Part shown: positions 24,501 to 34,243 of the stretch, in pieces
Layout of the letters: each line of letters starts with the position of its first letter
How positions within the stretch are numbered: position 1 is the stretch's first letter
DNA from: Nemertoderma westbladi
Lineage: Eukaryota; Animalia; Xenacoelomorpha
Length of the DNA stretch: 64,000 nt
NCBI GenBank assembly: GCA_032718475.1
Contig: JAUCBJ010007135.1
Span: 1-64,000, forward strand
Direction of reading: 5' to 3'
The notes under the pieces: model-generated
What the model was told of the DNA's origin: nothing
Database searches by the model: none
What the model saw: the letters and a program-made list of their open reading frames with translations, nothing else
Translations under genes and position numbers: made by a program

Positions 24501-25450
24501 GACCGTTCACGGTTATTGAACGACGATCCAACATCAAATGCTGGGGAGCCATCTTCACCTGCCTGAGGTCTAGGGCAATTTACCTAGATATCGTGGTAAA
24601 TCTGACACAACACGCATTCATCAACGCTCTGCGTCGGTTCGTGGCGAACAACGGGACATGCCGCCACATGTATTCCGATAATGGTATAAACTTTGTGGGA
24701 GGAGAAAGGGAACTCAGAGAGGCGATCGAGGGATGGTTTACCGATAACACCGCATCCCAAGTCTGGAAGGAACACCAGATACAGTGGCACTTCCAGACCC
24801 CCTTAGCCCCCCATACGAGCGGGGTATGGGAGAAACTGATCGACCTCGTGAAACGATCCATGCGCGTCGCTCTAGGCGATACCCGGGTAACCCATGACAC
24901 CCTCCGCACAACATTCTGCGAGATCACGGCTACCCTGAACAACCGACCTATTGTCCCTATCCGCGACGACCCCACAGACCTGGAGCCCCTCACTCCTAAC
25001 CACCTACTGGGGAGACCCAAAACCCACCTCCTCCCGGAAACCATGTTCCCGGATCCCAACGAGATCACGAAACATACAAACTGGAAAAAGGCCCAAGCGT
25101 TGGCAGCGCATTGGTGGAGAATTTGGGCCCAGGAATACCTCATAACCCTCCGGACCAGGAGGAAATGGAACAACACCTACCGGAACGTCGCAGTTGGCGA
25201 CATGGTGCTAGTTAAAGAAGATCTCAAAGACCGCGTTCACTGGCCTGTGGCGCGGGTCGTGACCATACACCCAAGCAAAGACGGACTTGCGAGGACTGTG
25301 ACGATACGAACGGCAAAGGGCCACTACCAACGCCCTATCCAGAAGCTGTGCCTTCTTGAAGGCAATGACAGTGGTGATTCTACAAGAGGTGATAAGTTCC
25401 CTACTACGGATCCTGCTGCAGACATTGGTGACAATTACAAAACCGTGTAA
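21542..25450 (+). CDS. pol: BEL/Pao Pol (partial protease, RT, RNase H, integrase)
   Basis: DIKAMFHQV, FYVDD, HTFSDAS, IPRLEL, NPADLSSRG, GVDCFGP, YSDNGINF, GVWEKLI. Protease DSG motif not found. Confidence 0.95.
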   Translation: MEGVMKGYETAKLTIKNALVHTDLRVRFRQSAEYAPLIQLALDDVDLRCPQLDVNRITLLIGLDTPELHIPTGDIARSINQDDGFYAERTIMGWTLCGIKEETTDTYTYLPKCQIKENVTSVGYCSASDLDEDLFLETEKTQREMTKYFNLETQEFAEKNENPSEEDQYCMDVLDQATFKDGHWSSPMLWKDPNKPMANNASMALRRLKGILRRLNDQPEIKEKYNTVIQGYLNDGLAEIVPRNELQGGERTYYLPTHYVVEARKGGKIRVVNDAAAMYQGESLNSQLYTGPNIYSTLIGVLIRFRENRVAFTCDIKAMFHQVRTLPRDSDCLRILWTDKTLTQQEISQLTIKDVDVMRMVVRIFGAKDSPVACSDMLKRTATMCENEFPPTVIETIRLCFYVDDGCAGADNVDEAYRLAMGMVECLKKGGFPLVKFRSHDKTLMEKFPEDIRLENNKMYSEDVEHRVLGIEWDIESDEFIFKYKPLPKPMTKRGCLSIKSAIFDPLNFISPVTLAGMNLIKEMWIEGLGWDEELPPYLSVKWRKWTEQLEHLHLMRIPRPFFLDKLPTDIFQLHTFSDASNTGIGVVTFLRRLSSDGNGDTSFLFSKAKTVSGEFVATIPRLELQAAVWAVRQNRMAMRNLRIPIESQHFWVDSSIVLYYLHSPSRRHTTFVANRATEIKQCTGREQWHHVNGKGNPADLSSRGATPKQLGKSKLWLTGPEFLRQPQLTWSTRFDPELDSGKYSEDDKEIRKIHRSNAVEIYSCLTEPAKDSGRHYNVATITQLATSLHRLIERTSSMRRLVHHVITLRNFLRWKNNKPIVQRNIQELIIAEKCIVRYVQKESFPDEWEQLSAGKTLKPDSPVYQLRPMMGEDGLIRLNTRMANAPVEYEVKYPALLPGTSTLAKLLILQCHEDNHHAGQNWIIANKRQRYWITHIQPLIRKVLKRCFTCRRYLAPPITQKMADLPATRLQADSQPFYVTGVDCFGPFTVIERRSNIKCWGAIFTCLRSRAIYLDIVVNLTQHAFINALRRFVANNGTCRHMYSDNGINFVGGERELREAIEGWFTDNTASQVWKEHQIQWHFQTPLAPHTSGVWEKLIDLVKRSMRVALGDTRVTHDTLRTTFCEITATLNNRPIVPIRDDPTDLEPLTPNHLLGRPKTHLLPETMFPDPNEITKHTNWKKAQALAAHWWRIWAQEYLITLRTRRKWNNTYRNVAVGDMVLVKEDLKDRVHWPVARVVTIHPSKDGLARTVTIRTAKGHYQRPIQKLCLLEGNDSGDSTRGDKFPTTDPAADIGDNYKTV

Positions 25451-25734
25451 CCCTTCTCATCATGTTGACAAACTCTTATAAACTGTGATTTATCGACAAC
25501 GAATTATGGACCCCCCTTAAACCAACTGTAACCACGCAATGGTATTTGTGTTTCCTCGTGTGTTATGTGGAGTCCAGCATCACCCTGCAGATGTTTCGAC
25601 TGACGCAGGGTCGTTTATGTATTGTTTACCCTGATTTTGGTCATCGGGACCAATGATATTGGATTATTGGAAATGGAAAAGATTTGAAGTGGAATTCATT
25701 GTATTCATTGCAGTATGTTATGTTGTCCGTTGCG

Positions 25735-26150
25735 TGCGCAGTTCGGGGCGTAGGCGGTGTAACGAGTCCAGCTGTAGATCCCGGATTGCCGCGCAACACC
25801 CCCTCTATCCCGTTATTCTGGTGGGTCCATGGTGCATCCACGTGACTTCGACGATAGAGGGTTTTATGTTTCTCAGTCGCGTTATTCTGGTGGGACCGTT
25901 ACGTGGATTTTGGGGCGTAGGCGGTGTAACGAGTCCAGCTGTAGATCCCAGAATGTTGCGTAACCCCATCCCACATGACTTCGTCGACTGAGCTTTATGT
26001 TGTTGGGAGTGTTATTCTGGTGGGTCCCTGGTGCATCCACGTGACTTCACTCCTAGCGTCTTCATTGTCCGTTACGTGTGCAGTTTGGGGCGTAGGCGGT
26101 GTAACGAGTCCAGCTGTAGATCCCAGATTGCCGCGTAACACCCCTTCCAC
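25735..26150 (+). repeat. GC-rich interleaved repeats between pol and the accessory ORF
   Basis: ggggcgtaggcggtgtaacgagtccagctgtagatccc x3 and gttattctggtggg x3. Confidence 0.9.
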
Positions 26151-26692
26151 GACAAAGATTAACCAAAGAAAATGATTGAATATAGTTGGAAACGATGAAA
26201 AGGATCAGACAACTCTACTATAAACCTGAATGATGACGCGTATACTGATGAAAATGAAATGATGCGCACCCTGGTGTTGCGCTTATAACAAATGATGATA
26301 GCCGGGGGGCTATAACCCCAATGATGATGTGGAAATAAATAAACGTGAAATAAATGGTGGAAATAAATGTTGAAATATATGTGGAAATAAATGAAATGAG
26401 ATGAAATAATAATGAAATGAAAAAAGACAAAAAAAAGGTATAAAAGAGGTCAAAGAAAAGAATTGGAAAAAAAAGGACAAAAAAGTCATAAAAAACTGGT
26501 TGGATATTATGTATAGCTATAGTAACTGTAAATGCTGAATGTATTAGCAATAAGATGATAGATGTCTATATAGCAATGTTATTTAATAAACTGAATTAAA
26601 TAAAAAACTGAATTATTCTGCGATCGCTATAGTTTCAGACTTTCTGGACTTATAATTAACTGATCTAATTTGTAACGGATATAATCGTAAAT

Positions 26693-27352
26693 ATGGACCC
26701 AAATCGCCAAATTATCGGCGAATTACGTAACACGATAGATCTACTGGAATATTCGCAACCTGGATCCCCTGACTTTGATACAAAGTGGAGCATTCTGCTA
26801 AATGAGAACGTACGAGAAGTTAAATTCACCGGGCGAGAGGGACCGGATTCTAAGAATCTACGAGCCCTCCGGTTAGCCGATGCTAGTACGAGACTGAAAA
26901 GAACTCAGAACGCAAAGGCAACCGGAGGGGACGATTCGTCGTTTTGGGAAACGTTCCGGCAGAGCGTCTACAGATCCCGATGTTTGATCTACGACAACGA
27001 GGGAAACGCGACGCCCACCTCGAAAGCGATTACGTTGGCGAGATGTCAAAGTTTCGTCGACGACAAGAGTACGTACCTCGCCCACTGGGGAAACCTGTCG
27101 GAGTGTACGGCGACGCTTCGAGAGGAACGCGTATCGATTATCCAAAACCGCGACGACTACCAGGAAAAGTACGGGGCGAAAGAATATTGTCGATCCTTAG
27201 TCGTCGTCCTCGGAACCCTGGACGGTTTGGTACTGGTGTGCCGAATATTCACCCAGACACCCGACACCCAGACAGGAAGTGCAGGCAGCCGGAGCGATCT
27301 GGTTGCTGCCTCCGGATATCCAAAAGATCCTCTTCGACTTCGACGTCATTAA
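26693..27352 (+). CDS. Accessory ORF, N-terminal part (ExoI motif of a DEDDy exonuclease)
   Basis: CLIYDNEG fits the ExoI DxE motif. VVVLGTLDGLVLV strands follow. Overlaps the next ORF in the +1 frame. Confidence 0.65.
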   Translation: MDPNRQIIGELRNTIDLLEYSQPGSPDFDTKWSILLNENVREVKFTGREGPDSKNLRALRLADASTRLKRTQNAKATGGDDSSFWETFRQSVYRSRCLIYDNEGNATPTSKAITLARCQSFVDDKSTYLAHWGNLSECTATLREERVSIIQNRDDYQEKYGAKEYCRSLVVVLGTLDGLVLVCRIFTQTPDTQTGSAGSRSDLVAASGYPKDPLRLRRH

Positions 27353-29303
27353 AATCGGGTCGGATATCAAGGCGGACGTCCGGAACGACTACGCGAACGC
27401 TCCCGCAGGAAGAAACCGACGAAACGACCTCAACGCACTTAGCCATTGCATCGACACTCAAACGCTGCTAGCCTGGTTACGATTCGCCGAGTTCATGCGA
27501 GGATTCCAAGAAGTGAGACCGACGAAATCCGGGATCGGCTACCTCGCTGTGCTCAACGGCGGTATCGACTTCAAACCCCAGAAATTCCGGGACTATAATA
27601 AAATATACGGCGGATACCCGGGATTAGAGATAAAGAGCGAGCGAGAGGGTCGATGGAAGGACGTCGATCGGAAGTGGACGATACACCAAAGGTGGGAGAA
27701 TCCCGATCGACGGAGCTATATCTACGTCGTTATGGAATGCTACACCGTCGCTAAGTTTATCTGTAAAACTCTCGATAACCTTATTACGGCGGTCCCCCTT
27801 TCCTTCGTCGACTACGATTGGAACGAGGTTATAAACCATGCGTTTAAAGCGGTCGAGAACATTACACCGGGAGAATCGAAAACACCCGCCGTTATCGATT
27901 CCTGGGACGAGAGCGGACCTTACGACATCCCTACGATTACCGAACTTCTCGGTGCGGAGGAGCCTCTGATCTCCTCGGAAGGGGAAGAGATATGGCTAAA
28001 CGAGGGTGTTCTACTCTCCACCCCGAAGCGACAACTCGAGCCGGAGGCCGCGTACGGACCGGCCGCCAAACGGGTTGCCTCGGCCGAACCGATGAAGAGA
28101 GCAGGCGTCTACACCCCACGCGGCTCCGGTAGCCCCGCGAGAGAGGTAGCCACTACGGCTGCATTGAGCGACTTCGGCGACATATGCCAACGGTTATCCC
28201 CGTATCCTTTCCCGGGCGGCGAAGATTGGTCGTCGGAGATTCCGAGTACCACCCAACAACGGACCCGCTCAGCGATACTGGTCAAGGAAGGCCCCAGCGA
28301 TGCGCCGACACCCGACGATCTCCTCGGTATCCCTCCGTCGAAAACCCCGGCACCTCTTCGCCGACCAGCGGTAGCTACTACACCCGCCGTTCCTCAGGAC
28401 CCTATGCGACTAACCCGTTGGTACGCCGAGCAAACTGAATGGATCCACCGCCAGAAACGGTCGTCCGAGCTGAGACCAGCGGGACACAAAGAGGGTTATC
28501 GAAGCGAGAACATACTACGCAAAAGCCCAGCATTCCGCGGGCTACCGACCACCGAGAATATTCCGAAGAGCGACCGACGACTCGAATACTACGCCGGCGT
28601 CCCGATTCCGATATTCCCCGGTCGAGAGATGCAGTTGGAGGTATGCGGCGACTGCGGTTCGGAGCAGTGCCCACGCAGCAGAAGGAATCGGGTTACCGAT
28701 TCTTGCCTCCAGCTCCTCGGGATACTCAATTGCCCATACTGCGCGACATCGGGCCACGACGTTTCCGTCTGCCCGATTCTTTATAACCTCTGCACCACGT
28801 GCGGTTTCCGTGGACATTCCTCTAGCCCCCGCTGCTATATCAAATGTCCAACCAAAGACGTTACCGCTATGGGAAATATGGTCATGTTTGAAACATACGC
28901 AAACAGCCACTTAAAGACCAAGTTTCGGAGAAACGCTCGGAATATCGCGCAGGAGATGGCGTGCGGATATTTCTCCTTCCCGGAACGCCTCCACACGTCG
29001 GCCTCGCTACTCTTCCATTACGTGGATCTGCTACTGAGCGCCGGATTATTCGGTCCATTCGAAGTTATTAGACGATTATATTCGTATAAAGAGGAGTTCG
29101 GTGACGGAGAATGGTTCCTAGAGGCACGCAACTCCGAGTTGGAAAGACGAACCGACATGATACCGTTGCCTTCGAAAGGAAGAGCCGCCAGGAGACAAGC
29201 CGAAGCGTTACTCACAATGGATGTTGACGCTCCTCTACCAGCCATAGCGATCGATGAGAGTCGAAGGGCGAAGAGACGAAAGGCGTACCAGAAAAAGAAA
29301 TAA
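27279..29303 (+). CDS. Accessory ORF, C-terminal part: WRN/RNase D-like 3'-5' exonuclease, Pro-rich linker, CCHC knuckles, basic tail
   Basis: LPPDIQKILFDFDVIKIGSDIKAD (ExoII), CIDTQ, SGIGYLA, RWENP..YIYVVME (ExoIII-like), CPYCATSGHDVSVC, CTTCGFRGHSSSPRC, RRAKRRKAYQKKK. Confidence 0.75.
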   Translation: MQAAGAIWLLPPDIQKILFDFDVIKIGSDIKADVRNDYANAPAGRNRRNDLNALSHCIDTQTLLAWLRFAEFMRGFQEVRPTKSGIGYLAVLNGGIDFKPQKFRDYNKIYGGYPGLEIKSEREGRWKDVDRKWTIHQRWENPDRRSYIYVVMECYTVAKFICKTLDNLITAVPLSFVDYDWNEVINHAFKAVENITPGESKTPAVIDSWDESGPYDIPTITELLGAEEPLISSEGEEIWLNEGVLLSTPKRQLEPEAAYGPAAKRVASAEPMKRAGVYTPRGSGSPAREVATTAALSDFGDICQRLSPYPFPGGEDWSSEIPSTTQQRTRSAILVKEGPSDAPTPDDLLGIPPSKTPAPLRRPAVATTPAVPQDPMRLTRWYAEQTEWIHRQKRSSELRPAGHKEGYRSENILRKSPAFRGLPTTENIPKSDRRLEYYAGVPIPIFPGREMQLEVCGDCGSEQCPRSRRNRVTDSCLQLLGILNCPYCATSGHDVSVCPILYNLCTTCGFRGHSSSPRCYIKCPTKDVTAMGNMVMFETYANSHLKTKFRRNARNIAQEMACGYFSFPERLHTSASLLFHYVDLLLSAGLFGPFEVIRRLYSYKEEFGDGEWFLEARNSELERRTDMIPLPSKGRAARRQAEALLTMDVDAPLPAIAIDESRRAKRRKAYQKKK

Positions 29304-29458
29304 TGGATTGGGATATTCCAGGAACATTTATCGAACATTTATTTTTATACAAACTCTAGGCCAAATTAATTAAAAACTATGCAATATTAAATTTGGGATT
29401 TTTTATATTGGGAATGACCTACGCAAACTCAATCGACCGACAGACTTCACGAAGGTCA

Positions 29459-29469
29459 TTGGGGGGGAC
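29459..29469 (+). promoter_or_regulatory. Polypurine tract of BEL-1
   Basis: ttgggggggac immediately precedes the TGT of the 3' LTR. Confidence 0.8.
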
Positions 29470-30513
29470 TGTTCGCGGTATTTCAACTTTCCATAACGCG
29501 AGTTGAATATTTTTGTATTTATTTAAAATTGATTATTCCGATATTACTACTGGGTGCGGGACCATGGGTTTTGGGCACATTCAATAAACTGGGGGCGATT
29601 TATGGGCGAACTTTGGGGCAACTTACAGGGTACGGGAATAATTTCAAAGTTATAAGGGCCAGGGGGGATGGAAAATGCAAGCAGTATTCAGGTTAGCCTG
29701 AGTACTATTAGGCCCTGGCCAACTTCCTGCTGCCTGTAGGGGTGGATTTGGTAATGCGCCAGGCCTAAAGGACAAGGACTGCCCTTAGCGGTCCCTGGCC
29801 AACGGCAGCTACTATGAGACTGAAAAGAACTCGGAACGCTGACTGCTTGTGTCAGGGATTTGCGACGGGCACCGACGGCCCCTTAGTAGCCAAGCCGTTC
29901 TGGTTCTCGATGATCGAACCCCGGGGTTCGTGAGGGGTGGAGCGGACATGCGAACAGGTGGCCAACTAACGACTGCCCCCTGACCTAAGCCGTACTGGTT
30001 CTCGATGACCGATCCCTTCGGGGTTCGTGAGGGGTGGGACGGACATGCGAAAGGGCTGGCCACAGGACTGGTTTGACAAGGACTGCCCTTAGCGGTCTCG
30101 GGTCAACGGCAGCTACTACGAGCCTGAAAAGAACTCGGAACGCTGACTGCTTGACTGGGATTTGCGACGGGAACCGACGACAGACCCCTTAGCCAAGCCG
30201 TTCTGGTTCTCGATGATCGTTCCCTTCGGGGTTCGTGAGGGGTGGAACGGACACGCGATGGGGTCGAAAGACAAAGGACTAGACTCGACTAGACTCTACT
30301 GGCCTACCGACTGTTCGGAGCAGTTTCTCGGCTGCCGAAGCGACTACGAGCCTGAAACGGACTCGGAAAGCGAAATGGACCCGCAAACTTGCATCTTAGA
30401 AAATATTCCCTCCCCACAATCAATATCCGGTGACTGGCCGGGGCTCGGTGGTCTGTTAAGTCACGTCTCCAGCATCGGCGTTTTTCCCCCCTGGTGTAGG
30501 AATAACGGCAACA
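29470..30513 (+). repeat. BEL-1 3' LTR (1044 bp, internal deletion)
   Basis: Matches the 5' LTR except for about seven substitutions seen by eye and replacement of 17830-18401 by gaaatggac. Confidence 0.95.
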
Positions 30514-30710
30514 ATCTATAGTGAAATATTTCCACACCATTCCATGAAAACAGTAAGTAAGACTGTTTTCACCAATCAAAATATAAAAATATCAACTAAA
30601 AAATATATCTAATCTAATGTAGGGCCTAAAATATAAAAAATAATCACTGTATAGCCTATTGCATACAAAATATTGCAAATAATACGTAAATATAAAACTT
30701 TAATTTATAC

Positions 30711-30760
30711 CAAGGACTTCTAGAACATATAGTATATATTCTATGTTCTAGAAGTCCTTG
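30711..30760. mobile_element. 50-bp hairpin mini-element, P-element-like ends
   Basis: 19-bp TIR caaggacttctagaacata, flanked on both sides by tttatac (7-bp TSD). Confidence 0.7.
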
Positions 30761-30971
30761 TTTATACATACAACAAATACGAGCTTTACTATCTAATTAA
30801 TATCAAACTTGGTGCATAAAATACAGAACTTTGTTTCGGTTATACAATATAACGATTAAGACAAATATTTGAGACAAATATTTTATTCATATTTTTTTTG
30901 TTTATCGAATCATTGGCAGAAAGCAGGTCGACATGTTCAAAGATTCGAAAAAATAATATGGAATGGCTTAA

Positions 30972-32531
30972 CCCTATTAGTACCGGGCTATAAAATGTTG
31001 TACAAATACCGGGAGGGGGTCATATTGACCCCCCCCCCTCTAAAATCTACAAATATTTACGAAAACGTCTGATTTTTTGTTTGTACGTAGGTATCACTTG
31101 TCTGGATCCGACCGAAAAAAAAAATTTTCGAAAAAATGTACTGGGGTGGTTATATTGCAGCACAAAAATTACAAGTAGTGCACAATTTTCACAAAATTTG
31201 AAAGTTACATTTTCGGCTAATTATTTTTCAATACAGGTTTTTTGGGGAGCAAAATACATTGGAAAATATTTAAAAATGATATGATTACTATAAATGGCTG
31301 TTTAGTCCTCTCTGCGTAGGAAAAAAATGAAAAAAACAAGTAACCAGCACTTTTCAGTTAGAACACAAAATTTTTAATTCACTTATACGATGCTATAAAT
31401 TCACATTTTCTGGATTTTGAGGGCGCTGATTCTAATGGAATACATTTCTAATATGCCAGATCATTGCTACTTGTATTTTTCGGCGTAATTTAGCAAATTT
31501 TGGTGCTAGCACCAAATTTCGTACCCATCACCAAAAAGTACAAGTTTGCGATGTCCAGTGCTGTTTTTATTGATTCCATCGGATTCAGGACCCTCATAAA
31601 CCCGTATAACGCAAGAAACAAGGTGATACTATCTACTTATCAATTTGCATATTTTCCAAAATTTGGTGCTGGCACAACAATTTTCACCCACCGGCGAAAA
31701 ATACAAGTTTGAGAACTCTTATGAAATTTTTACTGATTCCATTGAATTCAGAACCATCACAAACCCGTATAACGCAAGAAACAAGGTGACACAATCAATT
31801 GATATATTTGATGGTTTTCAAAATTTGGTGCTAGCACCACATTTTGCACCCACATCCGAAAAATAGAAGTTTGAGATGTCTAGTTCGATAATTATATTTT
31901 CCATTGAATTCAGAACAGCCATAAACCTCTAAAACGCAAGAAATAAATTGTCACAAGCAATTTTATATATTGAATGGATTTTCAAAATTTCGTGCTAGCA
32001 CCAAAATTAGCACACAGCACCGAAAAATACAAGTTTGATACGCTTGGTTCAACTCGTATATATTTCATCGAATCCAGAACCTCAAAAAACCCCAATTGCG
32101 TAAAAAACAAGTTTCAAACAATCAATTTACAAAATTGACTTATTTCAAAATTTGGTGCTGGCACCAAAATTTGGCACCCATCGAAAAAAACAAGTTTGAA
32201 ATTTCTAAATCAATTTATATGAATTCCATCCAATTTCTAACACCAAAAAACCGGTGTAAATCAAAAATAGAGATGTTACAATTCATATTTAATGAAATGT
32301 AATTTTCAAAAAACGTCTCAAAAAAGTGCCAAAAGTAGGGTTAAAAAATGGTGCTATAACTCGAAAAGTACCCAATATTTTTGAAAACGGTTTTCACTAC
32401 CATGAAGAGAATAGATTTTTAGGAAAAGTCATAAAATTTCAGATTCCCAACTGCGTTTGTTTCAGAATTATAATAAAAAAACCACGGGGGGGATCATATT
32501 GACCCCCCCCCCCCCCCCGGGTTTAATAGGG
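30972..32531 (+). mobile_element. Non-autonomous piggyBac-type element, copy 1
   Basis: TTAA flanks, CCCTATTA...TAATAGGG ends, subterminal gggggtcatattgaccccc palindromes, internal ~165-bp tandem units, no ORF. Confidence 0.9.
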
Positions 32532-32643
32532 TTAATGGCATAGTTTTTCGAGCGAATGAAATCTTACCCTACACATCTACACCTAAAGAGGTAGTTATTG
32601 GCAGTTCGAGTTCAACGTATACTGATGAATCAATTCCCACAAT

Positions 32644-32895
32644 GGGCTAATTTTGAGTTAGCTCCTTTGAAACGGTTCCGTTTAAAAATGGCTAACTCAG
32701 ACATTAATATCTACAGTATGTAACTCAAAATAATTCAGCAAATTTGAGTTAGCTCCTTTTAAACAGAACAGTTTAAAGGGAGCTAACTCAAAATAATTCT
32801 ACAAATTCTGACTTAGCTCCTTTTAAACGGAAGCATTTAAAGGGAGCTAAATCAAATTCATTACTCAAATAATGAGTTAGCCCCTTTAAACGGTT
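32644..32895. repeat. Tandem hairpin-forming repeats
   Basis: gagttagctccttt alternates with its complement ggagctaactc, about four units. Confidence 0.75.
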
Positions 32896-33059
32896 GATTT
32901 TAAAGTTACGATTTGGTGTGATGACATTAGCTGGAATAAATACATTTTTCTAAAACCCCTCAGCAAAGTCTACTCCTACTCTATACCTCAGCAAAGTATT
33001 CATACTAGATAGCAGATATTACATATAGTACATAGTAGATTATACTGCTGAACAACTGT

Positions 33060-34030
33060 GTTCCTCTAGCAATGAAGTCATTAAAACTGTTAGAGATCTA
33101 ATTAGAGTGATTCTTAGATCCAAGGATTTGACCAGTTGGTTGAGAACCAACCAGGATTTGATGGGTGCAGTGGGCAAAGCAATTACAAACCGCTCCCAAC
33201 TCAAGACCCAGATATTGATGTCTCATGTATATTTGTAACATGTTTAGTTCTCTTGGAGATAGTGGGCTTTGGCGAAACTCATCATAAAACAAATATTTTG
33301 AATGAATCATCACCATTCTTCTACCCTATACTGTCGACCTGTTAGATTCGAGTTTACCAAAGAAAGCAAAGAGAAAATATTGATGGAAAATGATCTTTTA
33401 ACTAAGGATATTGACAAGATTCATCAAACTGTTGTGCAGATCGATGACAAAATGGTTACCATCTTCCACATCACAGAGGTCACCATGTTGGATGGCAAAG
33501 TCCATACCATTATTTCTGATATGTCAGAAAGAACACAAAGCTGTACCTTGTATGGAGCTAAGCCTACTGAAATGAATAATATTGATAGTATAATCGTACA
33601 ACCATTGACTAATGATAACAAAATGCTTCATTGTATATCAACTATCCATCAATGGATAAGATTCCTTGAGTACTTACTGCATATATCGTATCGACTTATC
33701 TTTTGGAGATGGTCATCTTGCAATCCTGTACATGAAAAATTAATGAAGACAGAAAAAAGACGAGTGCAAAAGGAATTCCGAAGTAGACTTGGGCTGAATA
33801 TATATACACCAAGACAATGTGGTGCAGGAATATTCAATCACAGAAACACATATCAGAAGCTGTTCCAGAATACAGAGATCACATCACAAATCTTGCATAT
33901 CAACCAAAAGTTTATTGAACCACTTCATCTGGTACTTATCCAGCTTTGAAGTTGACTCCGCTGCTTTTAAAGCATTTTGTTTGCAGACTGCAAGATATTA
34001 CATGACCCAGTCAATGCATAAGGTCTTAGG
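33060..34030 (+). pseudogene. Transib transposase remnant
   Basis: SSTLYCRPVRF, TMLDGKV, GAKPTEMN, HQWIRFLEYLLHISYRL, LGLNI..PRQ match the Transib/RAG1-core family. Confidence 0.85.
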
Positions 34031-34243
34031 GTCCTTTATGTTAGTTACTTGGTTACAAATACAATATTACAATTGCATAATGTCAATTCAGCTATGCCCA
34101 TTGGCTGTCTTACACACGTTGTCGTCAAAGAACACTTTAACAAAAATGTCTTTGATTTTCAAAAATGTCTTTACACATTTCTCGAGTAAGTAATCTACAA
34201 ATATTAATAACTTCAATTCCAACACATTTCGGCTGTTAATTAA

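Larger units (their letters stand above)
16928..30513 (+). mobile_element. Full-length BEL/Pao LTR retrotransposon (BEL-1) with accessory exonuclease gene
   Basis: TGT...ACA LTRs, 5-bp TSD ATCTA (16923-16927 and 30514-30518), G-rich PPT before the 3' LTR, BEL-type gag and pol. Confidence 0.97.

Noticed and set aside
25745-25802. Twister or HDV-like ribozyme
   Set aside because: Could not fit the conserved loops or pseudoknots by eye on either strand.
27279-29303. Retroviral-type env
   Set aside because: No signal peptide or transmembrane anchor. It has exonuclease and knuckle motifs instead.
30869-32302. Short ORFs inside the TTAA elements
   Set aside because: No transposase motifs. They arise from AT-rich tandem units.
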